DNA of 64,000 bases. Source: Basidiobolus meristosporus CBS 931.73. Taxonomy: Eukaryota; Fungi; Basidiobolomycota. The translations under genes were made by a program, and so were the position numbers. Every line of letters begins with the position of its first letter. Within the stretch, counting starts at the first letter, position 1. Under the pieces are notes generated by a model that searched no databases, was not told the origin of the DNA, and was given only the letters and a program-made list of their open reading frames with translations. Positions 1 through 10,153 of the stretch are shown piece after piece. The DNA lies in the NCBI GenBank assembly GCA_002104905.1, contig MCFE01000267.1:1-64000 (forward strand), written 5' to 3'.

Positions 1-2922
1 ACGACCCACAAATACCAAATTGCCGTCGGGCAGGTAGCGGGCCAAATCACCCGTCTTGTACATACGAGCTTCCTTTTGCTTGCTAAACGGATCGGGAAGG
101 AAACGCTCGGCCGTCAGCTCAGGACGGTTCAGATAACCGCACGCGACACCATCACCGCCAATGTGTAGCTCCCCAACTGTTCCCAATGGTGACGGCTGGC
201 CATGCTTATCTAGAAGATAAAGTCTCGTATTCGCAATCGGACGACCAATAGGGATGTCTTTACCTACATCTGGGGGAGAGGAAATTCTATATGTAGTCGC
301 AAAAGCCGTACTTTCCGTGGGCCCGTATGCATTTAGCAGCTGTTGAGGTGGAGCATTGCGCATCACTCGTGCTATGACCCTGGAGTCGAGTGCATCTCCA
401 CCGGTAATTACTATTTTGAATTGCGGCAAGATTGGCTCTAGATACACCGCCATGTGATTAAACAAGCCAATTGTCAAAAACATCACGGTTACCCGCTCTT
501 GCCGCAAGACTTGCACAAAGGAGTTTGGTGAAAGCACGGTACGGTGATCGATTATGACAACTGTTCCGCCATTAAGTAAAGGCGCCCAGACTTCAAAAGT
601 GCTTGCGTCAAAGGCAGGGTTGGCTGCAAAAGCAACGCGATCATCGACTCGGATGTCAGCATAGTCATTATTGATGACTAGTCGAGCAACCGCTCGATGT
701 GGCACAACCACACCTTTAGGTAAGCCGGTTGAGCCGGAGGTGTACATTACGTAGGCTGCATCGTGACTGTCGCTTTCTCTATCTAGATTTGTAGTCTGTG
801 CTTCATCATCCGTTTTCAATGTTACTCGCAGCAATGACGTCCGTATGATAGTTGGGACTTCAGTATGTGCATCTGTTACTAAAAGCCGTGCGTTGCAGTC
901 ATCTAAAATCCAAGCTTGGCGTTCTGCAGGAGCCTGAGGATCTAAAGGAACATATATTGCCCCCGCTTTCAATATTGCCAATTGAGTGATGATCAGCTCC
1001 ACTGAGCGCCCGATCAAGGTAGCAACGTAGTCGCCTGCATGAATGCCCAACTCAATAAATTGGTATGAGAGACTGTTGGCTTGGGCATTCAGATCGGCAT
1101 AGCTCAATGCCTGCTGCGAATAAACCAATGCGATGGTCTGTGGTGTACGCGCAGCCTGCTCCTCATATAAGCGATGGATACACTTCTGTGCGGGATATTC
1201 GCGCTCAGTTGCGTTCCATTCCACTAGCTGTAGCTGACGCTCGGCAGCATCGAGCAAATCAACGTTGCCAACCGCCCGTGTTGGTTGTGATGTAAGGGCA
1301 TTGAGGAATTTCAAGAACCGGTGCCCGAGTGCAGTCTGCTCTTCATTTGGGCAATTAGCATTATAGATCCATCGGAAACTGCCATCTCGTTCGCATATTT
1401 GGAATGTGATGCATCTCCCATATCCCTCTTCAGTGCTACATTTAAAGGTATCCTGTGCGGCGTCCTCAGAATCGCGCTCAGGTATGACGGCTACCGCGAT
1501 ATGCCAAGGTTGCGGTGAGCGTAATCCTTCGATACCACGGAGCGTCGGGTGACGAGCTATGATATCTTTGGGGAAGGCTGAATGTTTTGCAAGGCGTGCG
1601 GATTCAGTGGTCACGTCTTCACGAACCTTAAGGAAATTTTTCTTTAAATCGACATTAACTTCCATCGGCACTACGGCAGCAAACAAGGCTGGAACTGTCG
1701 GTTTTGGCGGAGTGATGGGTACCCAACCAAGTTGAAGAGATGTCTCACCGGTAATCCGAGCCAAATAAATTATGAAAGCAGTTAAGATACACTCCATTCG
1801 ACCAACGTGAGGCAGGTTCTCCAATTCATCAGGAAGATTCCATGAACTCGCTTTCCAGCAGAATGGCAAGGAGATAGTATGGGGCTGCTCGATTGGCCAC
1901 TCCGACGAATTGAAACGTTGTAGTCGCTTTAACCAGAAAGACTCTTGTTTTGCAGCAGCCTCATATTCACTGGTCAACGCTCGAATCTGCGTTTCTGATA
2001 ACGTTGGGAGGCAGTCGCCAACCCCGAGGCCCGACTGCAGCGCTAATGTCTGAGCATCCAACGGTTCTCCAAAAATGGTAGTAAACTTACTGATAGCGAC
2101 GTCTTCGCTTCCGGTTGTAACATACCAACAATATGAATCTATTTTCACTATGGTTCCCGGCTTGGCTCCAGATCGCTGGGTATGTATATCCAATTGAGCC
2201 ACATGCACGATGCAATTTGGTAGCAGCAGTTTAGGCAAGGAAAATGAGTTAGGATGATATTCTCCAAAGTCTAGTGCTCGTACAAGGGCCGATAAATCCT
2301 CTGCTGTATTTTGCCAGGATAAACACCCCGCAGCTCCTGGGCGACGGTGAAATGGGAAAAAACTCCTGTGCTCTAGATCTTGAGCTTTTGAAGGTATCGT
2401 GCCTTTAACAAGGCTCTCGACAAGCGCGGAGAAACCCTTGATAGCTGCTTGATAGCACTTCAAGTTCAGCGAAAGAGCAGTATCACTTTGGGAGATGTCT
2501 ACGGGACACTGAACAACAATATCTCCGGCGTCAACTTTGCTAACAATACGATGCCATGTGACAGCATAGTCCCTCTCATGTAAAAGCAAGGCCCAGGATG
2601 TGGCATGAGTACCGGCGTAACGTGGTAAAGGAGCATCGTGGTAGTTGAATGCGTGCAGCACACGGTCAAATAGTGAGGCCGGCAAGATGATAGGATTGAT
2701 GATTGAAAAGAGCATATCGGCTGGATTGTTTTCAAGCATTTCACAGAGATCCTTGACAGAAGCTACGCGGGGTAGATTTTCACGAGCAGCCCAGGTTTCT
2801 ACTGTTGTGTCGGTGGGAAGTACTGCTTGAAGACGAAAGCCAGCTGCTTGCAAGCACCGAGCACACTCGACGGCTAATGTAGTACCGCCTATCACAACAA
2901 AGGAATGTAATTGTCTTACCAT
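1..2922 (-). CDS. Non-ribosomal peptide synthetase, 5' part (formyltransferase F domain - vestigial C-like segment - adenylation domain); continues beyond window start
   Basis: Manual translation gives an uninterrupted frame from ATG at 2922 (in-frame stop upstream at 3013-3015) to base 1, 974 codons, no introns. F domain: MVRQLHSFVVIGGTTLAVEC...AFNYHDAPLPRYAGTHATSWALL...VTWHRIVSKVDAGDIVVQ, followed by an FMT C-terminal-like part (RALDFGEYHPN...PGTIVKID). A domain motifs: LSYADLNAQAN (A1), YVMYTSGSTGLPKGV (A3), FDASTFEVW (A4), NAYGPTE (A5), GELHIGGDGVACGYLNRPELTAERF (A6), MYKTGDLARY (A7). Confidence 0.95.
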   Translation of the reverse strand, partial: MVRQLHSFVVIGGTTLAVECARCLQAAGFRLQAVLPTDTTVETWAARENLPRVASVKDLCEMLENNPADMLFSIINPIILPASLFDRVLHAFNYHDAPLPRYAGTHATSWALLLHERDYAVTWHRIVSKVDAGDIVVQCPVDISQSDTALSLNLKCYQAAIKGFSALVESLVKGTIPSKAQDLEHRSFFPFHRRPGAAGCLSWQNTAEDLSALVRALDFGEYHPNSFSLPKLLLPNCIVHVAQLDIHTQRSGAKPGTIVKIDSYCWYVTTGSEDVAISKFTTIFGEPLDAQTLALQSGLGVGDCLPTLSETQIRALTSEYEAAAKQESFWLKRLQRFNSSEWPIEQPHTISLPFCWKASSWNLPDELENLPHVGRMECILTAFIIYLARITGETSLQLGWVPITPPKPTVPALFAAVVPMEVNVDLKKNFLKVREDVTTESARLAKHSAFPKDIIARHPTLRGIEGLRSPQPWHIAVAVIPERDSEDAAQDTFKCSTEEGYGRCITFQICERDGSFRWIYNANCPNEEQTALGHRFLKFLNALTSQPTRAVGNVDLLDAAERQLQLVEWNATEREYPAQKCIHRLYEEQAARTPQTIALVYSQQALSYADLNAQANSLSYQFIELGIHAGDYVATLIGRSVELIITQLAILKAGAIYVPLDPQAPAERQAWILDDCNARLLVTDAHTEVPTIIRTSLLRVTLKTDDEAQTTNLDRESDSHDAAYVMYTSGSTGLPKGVVVPHRAVARLVINNDYADIRVDDRVAFAANPAFDASTFEVWAPLLNGGTVVIIDHRTVLSPNSFVQVLRQERVTVMFLTIGLFNHMAVYLEPILPQFKIVITGGDALDSRVIARVMRNAPPQQLLNAYGPTESTAFATTYRISSPPDVGKDIPIGRPIANTRLYLLDKHGQPSPLGTVGELHIGGDGVACGYLNRPELTAERFLPDPFSKQKEARMYKTGDLARYLPDGNLVFVGR

Positions 2923-3673
2923 TGAAAATGTTCTGAGTGTGATGTAGGAGCATTCTTCCGGTTTTATACAAACTACCACCCATTCAGGAGAGAACTGTTG
3001 CCGAAAGAATAATTATACGAAGCCAGTAGTAGTGTATTAATTGCATAAAAAATTCCTGTGATCCCCAGATAACTGCAAATGACGGTCAGACCATGCATAT
3101 CTTGGGATATACTTGATGACTTCATTTTGACTGCACTGCGCATTGGATCAGTATGCGTACAATAGAATGTCGAAATCATTCAGTCATTACAAGATCACAG
3201 TAATACTCGGTTCGCCTAAACTATGGCATATTGTGGACAATCATCATTGCATGGTTCGGTGATGCTGATGGTTTGCCAATTCATTGACTACTGGAGAATA
3301 TTGTGATCAAAGCTTGGACCCATGTGGGGGGCTTGAAAACCCCGCTTATCTTGGGACACTGCTTAATCTGAGGTCGGCCGGATCCCCCCCCAAAAAAATT
3401 GATCTATCGAAATCTCGAAATGCCATATCACAACAAATAAATATCTAGATACAAATCTACTTATTTGAAACAGCCTCTTAATTGGCAACATAATGAAATT
3501 GGAAGGATTTTCAACCTTCCTAAATGACTACAAATATCCGGTATAGCGGATGCGACCTTTCTCCAGCCTTGTAACTGCACTTGCACCATTGGTATCAGAC
3601 AATCTATACTACTGAACTGACCTGCAATATACTTTTATAGCTCCCAGCAACACTCCACTAATTCGTTGTAGTA

Positions 3674-3962
3674 CATGGTAAGAAAAGAAATTAAGCAAAG
3701 GCCAGCACAAGTCCATCATAATATCAGCTAAATTCCAGGTTTTACTAAACATATAACTCTCAATATCTCAGTTTCTAGCTATTTGGTAGACGAGCACGCA
3801 TATTCTCCCTGAAATGACTAGGTTAACTAGCATTTATACCTAGTTTAGTAATCAGCTACTCACTACTTCTACCAAAAATTGCTACTCAAAATTTGAAGGA
3901 AAAACACCAGCAGAATCGCAGCAGATTATCAATGAGTTCCATGATTGAGATTTTCCACAAGG
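3674..3962. mobile_element. Decayed MITE-like element, homolog of the insertion at 47035-47356
   Basis: Colinear similarity by eye, e.g. aaaggccagcacaagtccatcataatatcagctaa vs aaaaggtcagcaaaataccatcatagtatcagctaa and tttagtaatcagctactcactactt vs tttagtaattagctgcccattactt; termini eroded, boundaries approximate. Confidence 0.6.
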
Positions 3963-4804
3963 ACAGAGTGTTGCAGATCCTCTCATTATATCTAAATAGT
4001 TATAAATAGTTATAAAAGCTTGGTGTATCAGTTTTTCTGGCTCCTGCATAAACTCTCCTTCAATGTTACTCTGAAATATTTTTCATTCAAATACTAGATA
4101 ACTGGTTTATGTTGTTTCTTGGGGTTGTCCAAGAAGACCTCAAAATATGTATACACATACCTGAGACCCCTCTGAGTCTTTTCTGCCACTTTTACTAGCA
4201 CACTGAAGTAGTACATATATTACTTTGCTTTGAAATGAATCATCCAGCAAGTTATGTATTATCACAGCTCTCCATATAACTCTAAACCTTCAAAGCTATG
4301 CTATAACACTTCAGGTATAGTGCTGCTTTACTCTGCTGATGACCCAAACACCCAACATATCTGACTGCTCTACTCTTAGGGGCTAATTGGGAGCTGCAAG
4401 ATTGTGGGTTGAATTGGAAGCGCCTTTATAGGCCACAAAGCCCCAATAATGTCTTACTATTTTTACTGAGCTCAGATATATTACTTTTGCATTGAGGAGA
4501 ACTGTGTAGTACTAGTAATGTGAGTAGCCTAATCAAGGTTCCAGGAGATTGAATCCAAAGCTTTGGGCAGCTGGATAGCTGTCAGCATTCTTATAAAAAA
4601 ACTCCAAGTATAGGCTGTACCTGATTAAGATAGATTATGATCTAGTGTTCCACAGTTAATCATTGCACTAAGTAATGACTTGTATTACATGGGTGGTTTA
4701 GGATCAACTAACCATAAGCAAGAAGAGAAATATGATGACTTCATCTCAAAGTTAGCACTATACTGCTGTTTCCAAGTGAATTTTTAATAGCACCTGTACT
4801 TAAG

Positions 4805-5020
4805 TGTAATGTATAAAACTGCTTTAAATTTTGTAGCTACACTTAAGTAGTCACATAACTTAGTCACCTGACTCACTGCTTACAATCATTAGAAAATTCT
4901 GATCAAGTTCCCTGGTGGGTTCACTTGAAATATTCTCACCAAAATATCAGCTACCCAGTATATTAGACATATCCTAGTTGTCAAAGCAACCCCAAACCTT
5001 ACACACATTGTTGTATCCAA
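4805..5020. repeat. Diverged fragment of a copia-1-related LTR
   Basis: Shares acttagtcac, gaaatattctcaccaaaatatcagctaccca and ccccaaaccttacacacatt with the solo LTR at 6413-6763 and the reverse complement of 33942-34291; appears truncated. Confidence 0.45.
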
Positions 5021-6412
5021 GAGAAAAGTGTAATAAAACTCTTGAATGAGTTGACTGAACCTAAGTGACAACTAAGTGCAGAATCTTAGAATTGTCAAGG
5101 GTGACAGAAATATTAGCAGAGAATTTCTGGTCCAATATTGGTTTTGTATATAGTTGAGTTAGGCTATAAAGGCAACAGAGTTGGTTTGCTATACAGGCTA
5201 GGCTTGGTGTTCTTGGGAATGCTAGATATGCTAGGCTTGGGTGGAAACTCAAATGGAATTGTTGAATTCTTAATTTTGCTGAGGCACAATCTTAATTTTG
5301 TTGAGACACACACTAAACTAAAAGGTTCAGTAAACTTTATTTATACTTTTCTGATCAAGTTGAGTTAGTAAGCGCCAAGAGACTGGACTAATTGAAATCT
5401 GTTGGGGTGTGGATAGGTGCATAGGATAAATGAGAAATTGCATCATTAATCAGCCAATGTCTTGGCAACTACTAAGTGGTTGGATAGATCTCAGATGACT
5501 AACCCTTTGGAAAGGCTTAGCAGATCAGTTGAGGACATAACAACCACTTAAAAATTGATCAGGTGTAACAGCTAAAAATAGATTCTGAGAAGTGATAAAA
5601 TAAACCATAACAGGGATTAGTTATGTTTTGGTTAGGGAAAATCAGTTAGGGTATTAGATTTTCTAATGGAGTAAAATAGGCTAAATTTTAAATGTTGATG
5701 TACAACACATATGATCTCAGGACCATCCTAAACATATGCTATGCATTTGCTTTGCAAAGACCATGCAATAGCATAAGTACTATTTTTGCATTCAATGAAT
5801 CAATAAGTGGAAACCACCTAATTTATGTGGGCTGCCAATTACTTCTAATATCTCCAGGTTTCTGACTACAGAAACAATGCAATATCCAATCAATGTACAC
5901 AAATGTAGGAGAAAATTGAGTGTCTGGTATCAGGAAGGGAGAGAAAAGGCAGAGAGCCAATTAAATGCAACTTAAGGGCTATTGGGGGTGGGGAATAGTT
6001 TCACCAAGTAATTTGGGAAATTCAGAATGCAAATTTGTTTCAATTGTTTTAATACTGTATCATAGCAGCATCCATACTTCTTGGTTGCAGGATTTGAGTT
6101 TTATGACACCCTATTTGTAGAAGCATTGCTATTACTCTTCATATGGGATGAGCCAGTTGTGCTAGGCTTATGAGGAAAACTGCAAGGGTAAGTTTCTAGA
6201 ATATGCATTGAAATATTTGTTATTTAAAATATACATATAACCAAAATACTGAGCACACTTTGTCATAGTTTCTAATATAAAGCAACTCACTCAAGCCAAG
6301 TAATTGGATTGCTCTGTCAAGTTTGTCAGAGCTTTAATTTGGAAAATGATTGCAAATATTAAGTCACTTGATAAGATGATGTCCTGGCAAGTTATCAACA
6401 ATGGGATACATT

Positions 6413-6763
6413 TGTTGTGATTATTGAGTTGTCACCACAATATTCATGCAAACTTAGTCACATGGATCCTATTCTTTGACTAGCATTCTGTCCTGACCAA
6501 ATTTCTTGTTAGGACTTGCTTGGAATATTTTCACCAAATTATCAGGTACCCAGATTATGATCTTTCTCAAAGTTGTCCAAAAACCCCCAAACTTTGCACA
6601 CATATTCTTGGGACCTTTCTTAACAAGCTCTAGACGTTTGCTTGCTCTACTTAGGTATATAGGTATAAATACCATACTTTTGATCAATAAATCTACAAGT
6701 GAATAACATGTAAATCCTCTAGTTCTCCACATCACTTCCAATACTCCTCAGAATATTGCAACA
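6413..6763. mobile_element. Solo LTR related to the copia-1 LTRs, opposite orientation
   Basis: TGTTG...CAACA termini; flanks ACATT (6408-6412) and GCATT (6764-6768) form a 4/5 target-site duplication; reverse complement aligns with 33942-34291 (e.g. aaggtcccaagaa.atgtgtgcaaagtttgggg). Confidence 0.85.
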
Positions 6764-8680
6764 GCATTGCACTTGTTCTGAAAAGACTCTGCTGATTTGA
6801 AAGCTGCTGAATTTGGTATAAGATGCACTCTGTTCAATGGCACATTAGTACAAGTCTAAAAGTAACCATCAGGTATGTAACAGCTGTATGTACTTAGCTT
6901 ATACCCAGCCATTCATATACTACAAGATTGTACTTGACATATTGTTTAGTTAGGAGCTGCTTGCCTAAGATTAAATGTGGGAAATACAGGCTAATTGCCA
7001 GATATAGCAAAGATCTGAAAGTTATTACATTTTCTCAAGCCTATCTGGAGCCTCAAAATAAATTCAACAAGATCGCCAGATTGTCTGTGTAATATTTAGT
7101 GTCCTCTTGTTAGGATTGAAAAGCATCAGATCACATTTGGAATTGACAGTGATGAATTGTATGTATTTTCACTACTCGGTGCATTTTGACCTATTGAGTC
7201 AGATATAAAGTTGTTCAAGAATGGGAGTTTTGTAGTGGTAATGATAATGAGTTTTTTAGGTAACCCCCCCCCTGAAAGGTAGTGTTGAGTTTAGGGTCGC
7301 AAAGTGGTTAAAAATGTACGAATAAATCGCCGCAAACAAAGAGCATTTGCGTTTATCTTGGATGCACCTGACATTGGCGAGATCGGCAGAAACGGGGGAA
7401 CTTTGCTGAGAGGTGGGAGATAACCAACGGGTTGTGGCTTGGTTGGAAACATAAAGGAAAGGGAAGGGAAGGGGTCGCGAATGATACCTTGGTCAAGATC
7501 GTAGACACCGTGTTGCAGAGCAACAATACCAGATTTTGGAGTTAAGCTTGTTGGCAAAAGTACCGTCGAAAAGTTTATCGTATACATCTCCGGAGATTCT
7601 TCTACTACACCAAGAGCCCATTAGAATATAGAGTCGACTCAGGTACGTGAGTTTCTCGCCACACCCACCATCATGCCTCGAGCAGATGTCATGGAATTTG
7701 AAGGTCTTCGGGTTCACTGGCCTTGAGCTACGTGAAATCCATATACCCCATTCCAGTACAATATGTAGCACAGGGTTAACCAAGAAACTCAATTACGTAT
7801 ATGGCCCAGTGATGAGATCTGACGAGGTTATCTATTTGAACTTGTCTGAAGTGGCACCACGGAAATTTTGAGCATCCACTAGCTCCCACGCCCCGTTCCC
7901 AACCTTATTGCTGACGGCTACCCCAGGGGTAGGCCTAAAGCCACCTGATGTTCGAGCTTTTCCATCTCACAGAGTTCCTAAAATCCCGTATTGTGGCGAA
8001 GTCCAATGGATTCCTCTGATCACCGATTGCAGAGCGGGGTTGTCGATACCCAGGCATGACTAAATCCATATTCCCCTCCAAACCCAACTCTATCCTACGA
8101 TTCGACGCTTCTGTCACCGGTGAAAGGCCCGCCTGACCTCGAGGTGAGCCTGAAGCCACGCCCAAGCACGACGATATCCGCTGGACGTTTTCAGAGACCT
8201 GACGACTGTGTCATAATTGCTGTCTCCGCCCGTTGGCCGCGTTCTCAAAGAAGTGTGTGCTTCATTTGCGCGGCACGTATTCGATGCAGGTCCGTCCGTA
8301 GGAGAGCTAGATGTGAGGGCTTCTGCCACTCCTCCAGGAGGCTGCGGACCTTGAAATACACCGAACAGCACAGCACCTGGTGAGATGAGGGGAGGGGCCG
8401 GGGTTTTCCCGACGCCTCACAATAATTAGAAGCGCCCGGTATAATTCTAACGCTGTCTTTAATATTGAAAAGTATCAAAATTATCTGGTGTCTAGTACAC
8501 CACCTGCCTATCACCGCCAGCCCAAACTCTTTGCGACCAACCGGGAGAAATGTGGGGGAGGGTATGGACAGAATAAAGTAGCACGAACAAGGTTATCAGC
8601 TTCTATCGCTACATGGCAAAATCCTCTCGACTACAATTATTAACTGGGGCCCTGGTATAGCAACTTCTGGTAACTTATTT

Positions 8681-10153
8681 TCATTCACATACTATTTTAG
8701 CATCGAAACTAGTTAGGGCGATCCCAAAAGCTTGCAGCGCGCAGAGAGGATAGCTGTAATCCAGCGTGAAGGCATTGTAGGAGACTCTGCCAAACTGCAT
8801 CACTGTGTAATCCACTGTGGGTCGGAGAACCGGTTAATAACACGTTCTGTCAAACGTCGAGCTGCTGAAGCATTACCATCATCCTGGTGCACAATCTGGA
8901 AATTTTTTACTGACGCTAGAGTGACCCGGCCATTGAAGTTGAGAACGTAGGACATCGTATCTGTGGTTGACGGATCAGACATGCACCACTTTCACCGGAC
9001 AATAATCCCTGCTTACCCTCATTCCACTGTGGCGACTTATTCCGCAGAGCCAAAACCGACTCAGCTCCACAGTTCTTGTACTGCGAAATCAGTCCGTCCT
9101 CTTTCTGTGGAATGCCAGCGATCAATTTCCCCCCGTTGTGCTAACTCGAGTGTCCCTGCTTACCTTGGTCGGGTGTAGGGGTAGGCGAACTCCAGCTTTG
9201 CTCATCCCGTTGAGCAGCACGGTCATTTTTCGAGGTCCTTTAAATCCTAGTATATTTGGTTCCTGATCAACATGCAACAGTTCAGTTCCCTGAGAAGCCG
9301 CAAACAAAATAGCATATCCACATACGTATATAACACCACATAGCTCTTCCCGAAGCTGGCCAGAGGTATGAGTTTCCTGGTCGGACGTCGCCGATTCAAA
9401 GGTACCACTGCTATCTATATTACATTTGGGACTTCTCCCATGATCATATACAACAAATGCGGTGCCAATGAAGTTTGACCTATGCCAACCGTTAGTCAAA
9501 GAACCTCGCTATCTCGTCGTACACTTACCGGACTTTGCCCACTATCGTTCCGTGTTTAGAATTACTTTTGGGCACCATGATTTGATAGTAGGACGTGGTA
9601 CTTTTTATGCACTTCGTCGCGGTTAGCAGTAAAGTCTTGCATCCATCTTCCTCTTCCTTGTACATCTCATATACGGGATACAGCGAAGAGCGTGTTCGGC
9701 GTCTCAGCACGCGACATAATATCGGCTCACCTTGGGGCGCAGGGCTAGTACGAGGGGTCGTTAACAAAAGCCCACAATGGAGCAAAGCCGTGGCACAGCT
9801 TACCGCTTGATGAACTCGTTTAGATCGAACCCGTCTTCGACCAGACTTAATTTAGACTCGTCCATATCAAAAGGCGAAAGAGTAGCTCGCGAAGGTGATA
9901 GGGGGGACAAGGAGGGCGAAGACTGGCAATGGACATCTGGTTAGTCGATGGCAGTGAGAGAGTTTTAGACCCAGGGCATTACCAGCGATGGGGACAAGGG
10001 GTTTGTGTTAGAGGACCCTCCGAAGTTTTCCATGACGTCCAAGCTCAGGCCTAGTTTCTCTTGCGACTCCACGGGGCGAATACCATTGGAGCATTGCGGC
10101 TCTCTGCCGGCTTCCAGTCTGAGTACCGAAGTGTTCCAGTCTGCTATCTGCAT
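8681..10153 (-). CDS. Tubby-domain (TULP-like) protein, multi-exon; 5' end uncertain
   Basis: Splicing GT-AG introns gives [15 protein letters not shown]...LYPVYEMY...[16 protein letters not shown]...[21 protein letters not shown]...[34 protein letters not shown]...[40 protein letters not shown], all canonical Tub-domain motifs; stop at 8681-8683. Confidence 0.92.

Noticed and set aside
3384-3403. CCCCCCCCAAAAAAATTGAT as left TIR of the MITE
   Set aside because: Homology to the 47035 element only begins near 3674; the resemblance is low-complexity.
5029-5447. Another solo LTR starting TGTAATAAAAC
   Set aside because: No second copy, TSD or clear right end in the window.
5700-7262. PIF/Harbinger transposase or CRE-type reverse-transcriptase remnant
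   Set aside because: Only isolated look-alike peptides (FNGTLV, LRAIGGGE) in frames full of stops; motif order and spacing could not be confirmed. Left as unclassified decayed repeat.
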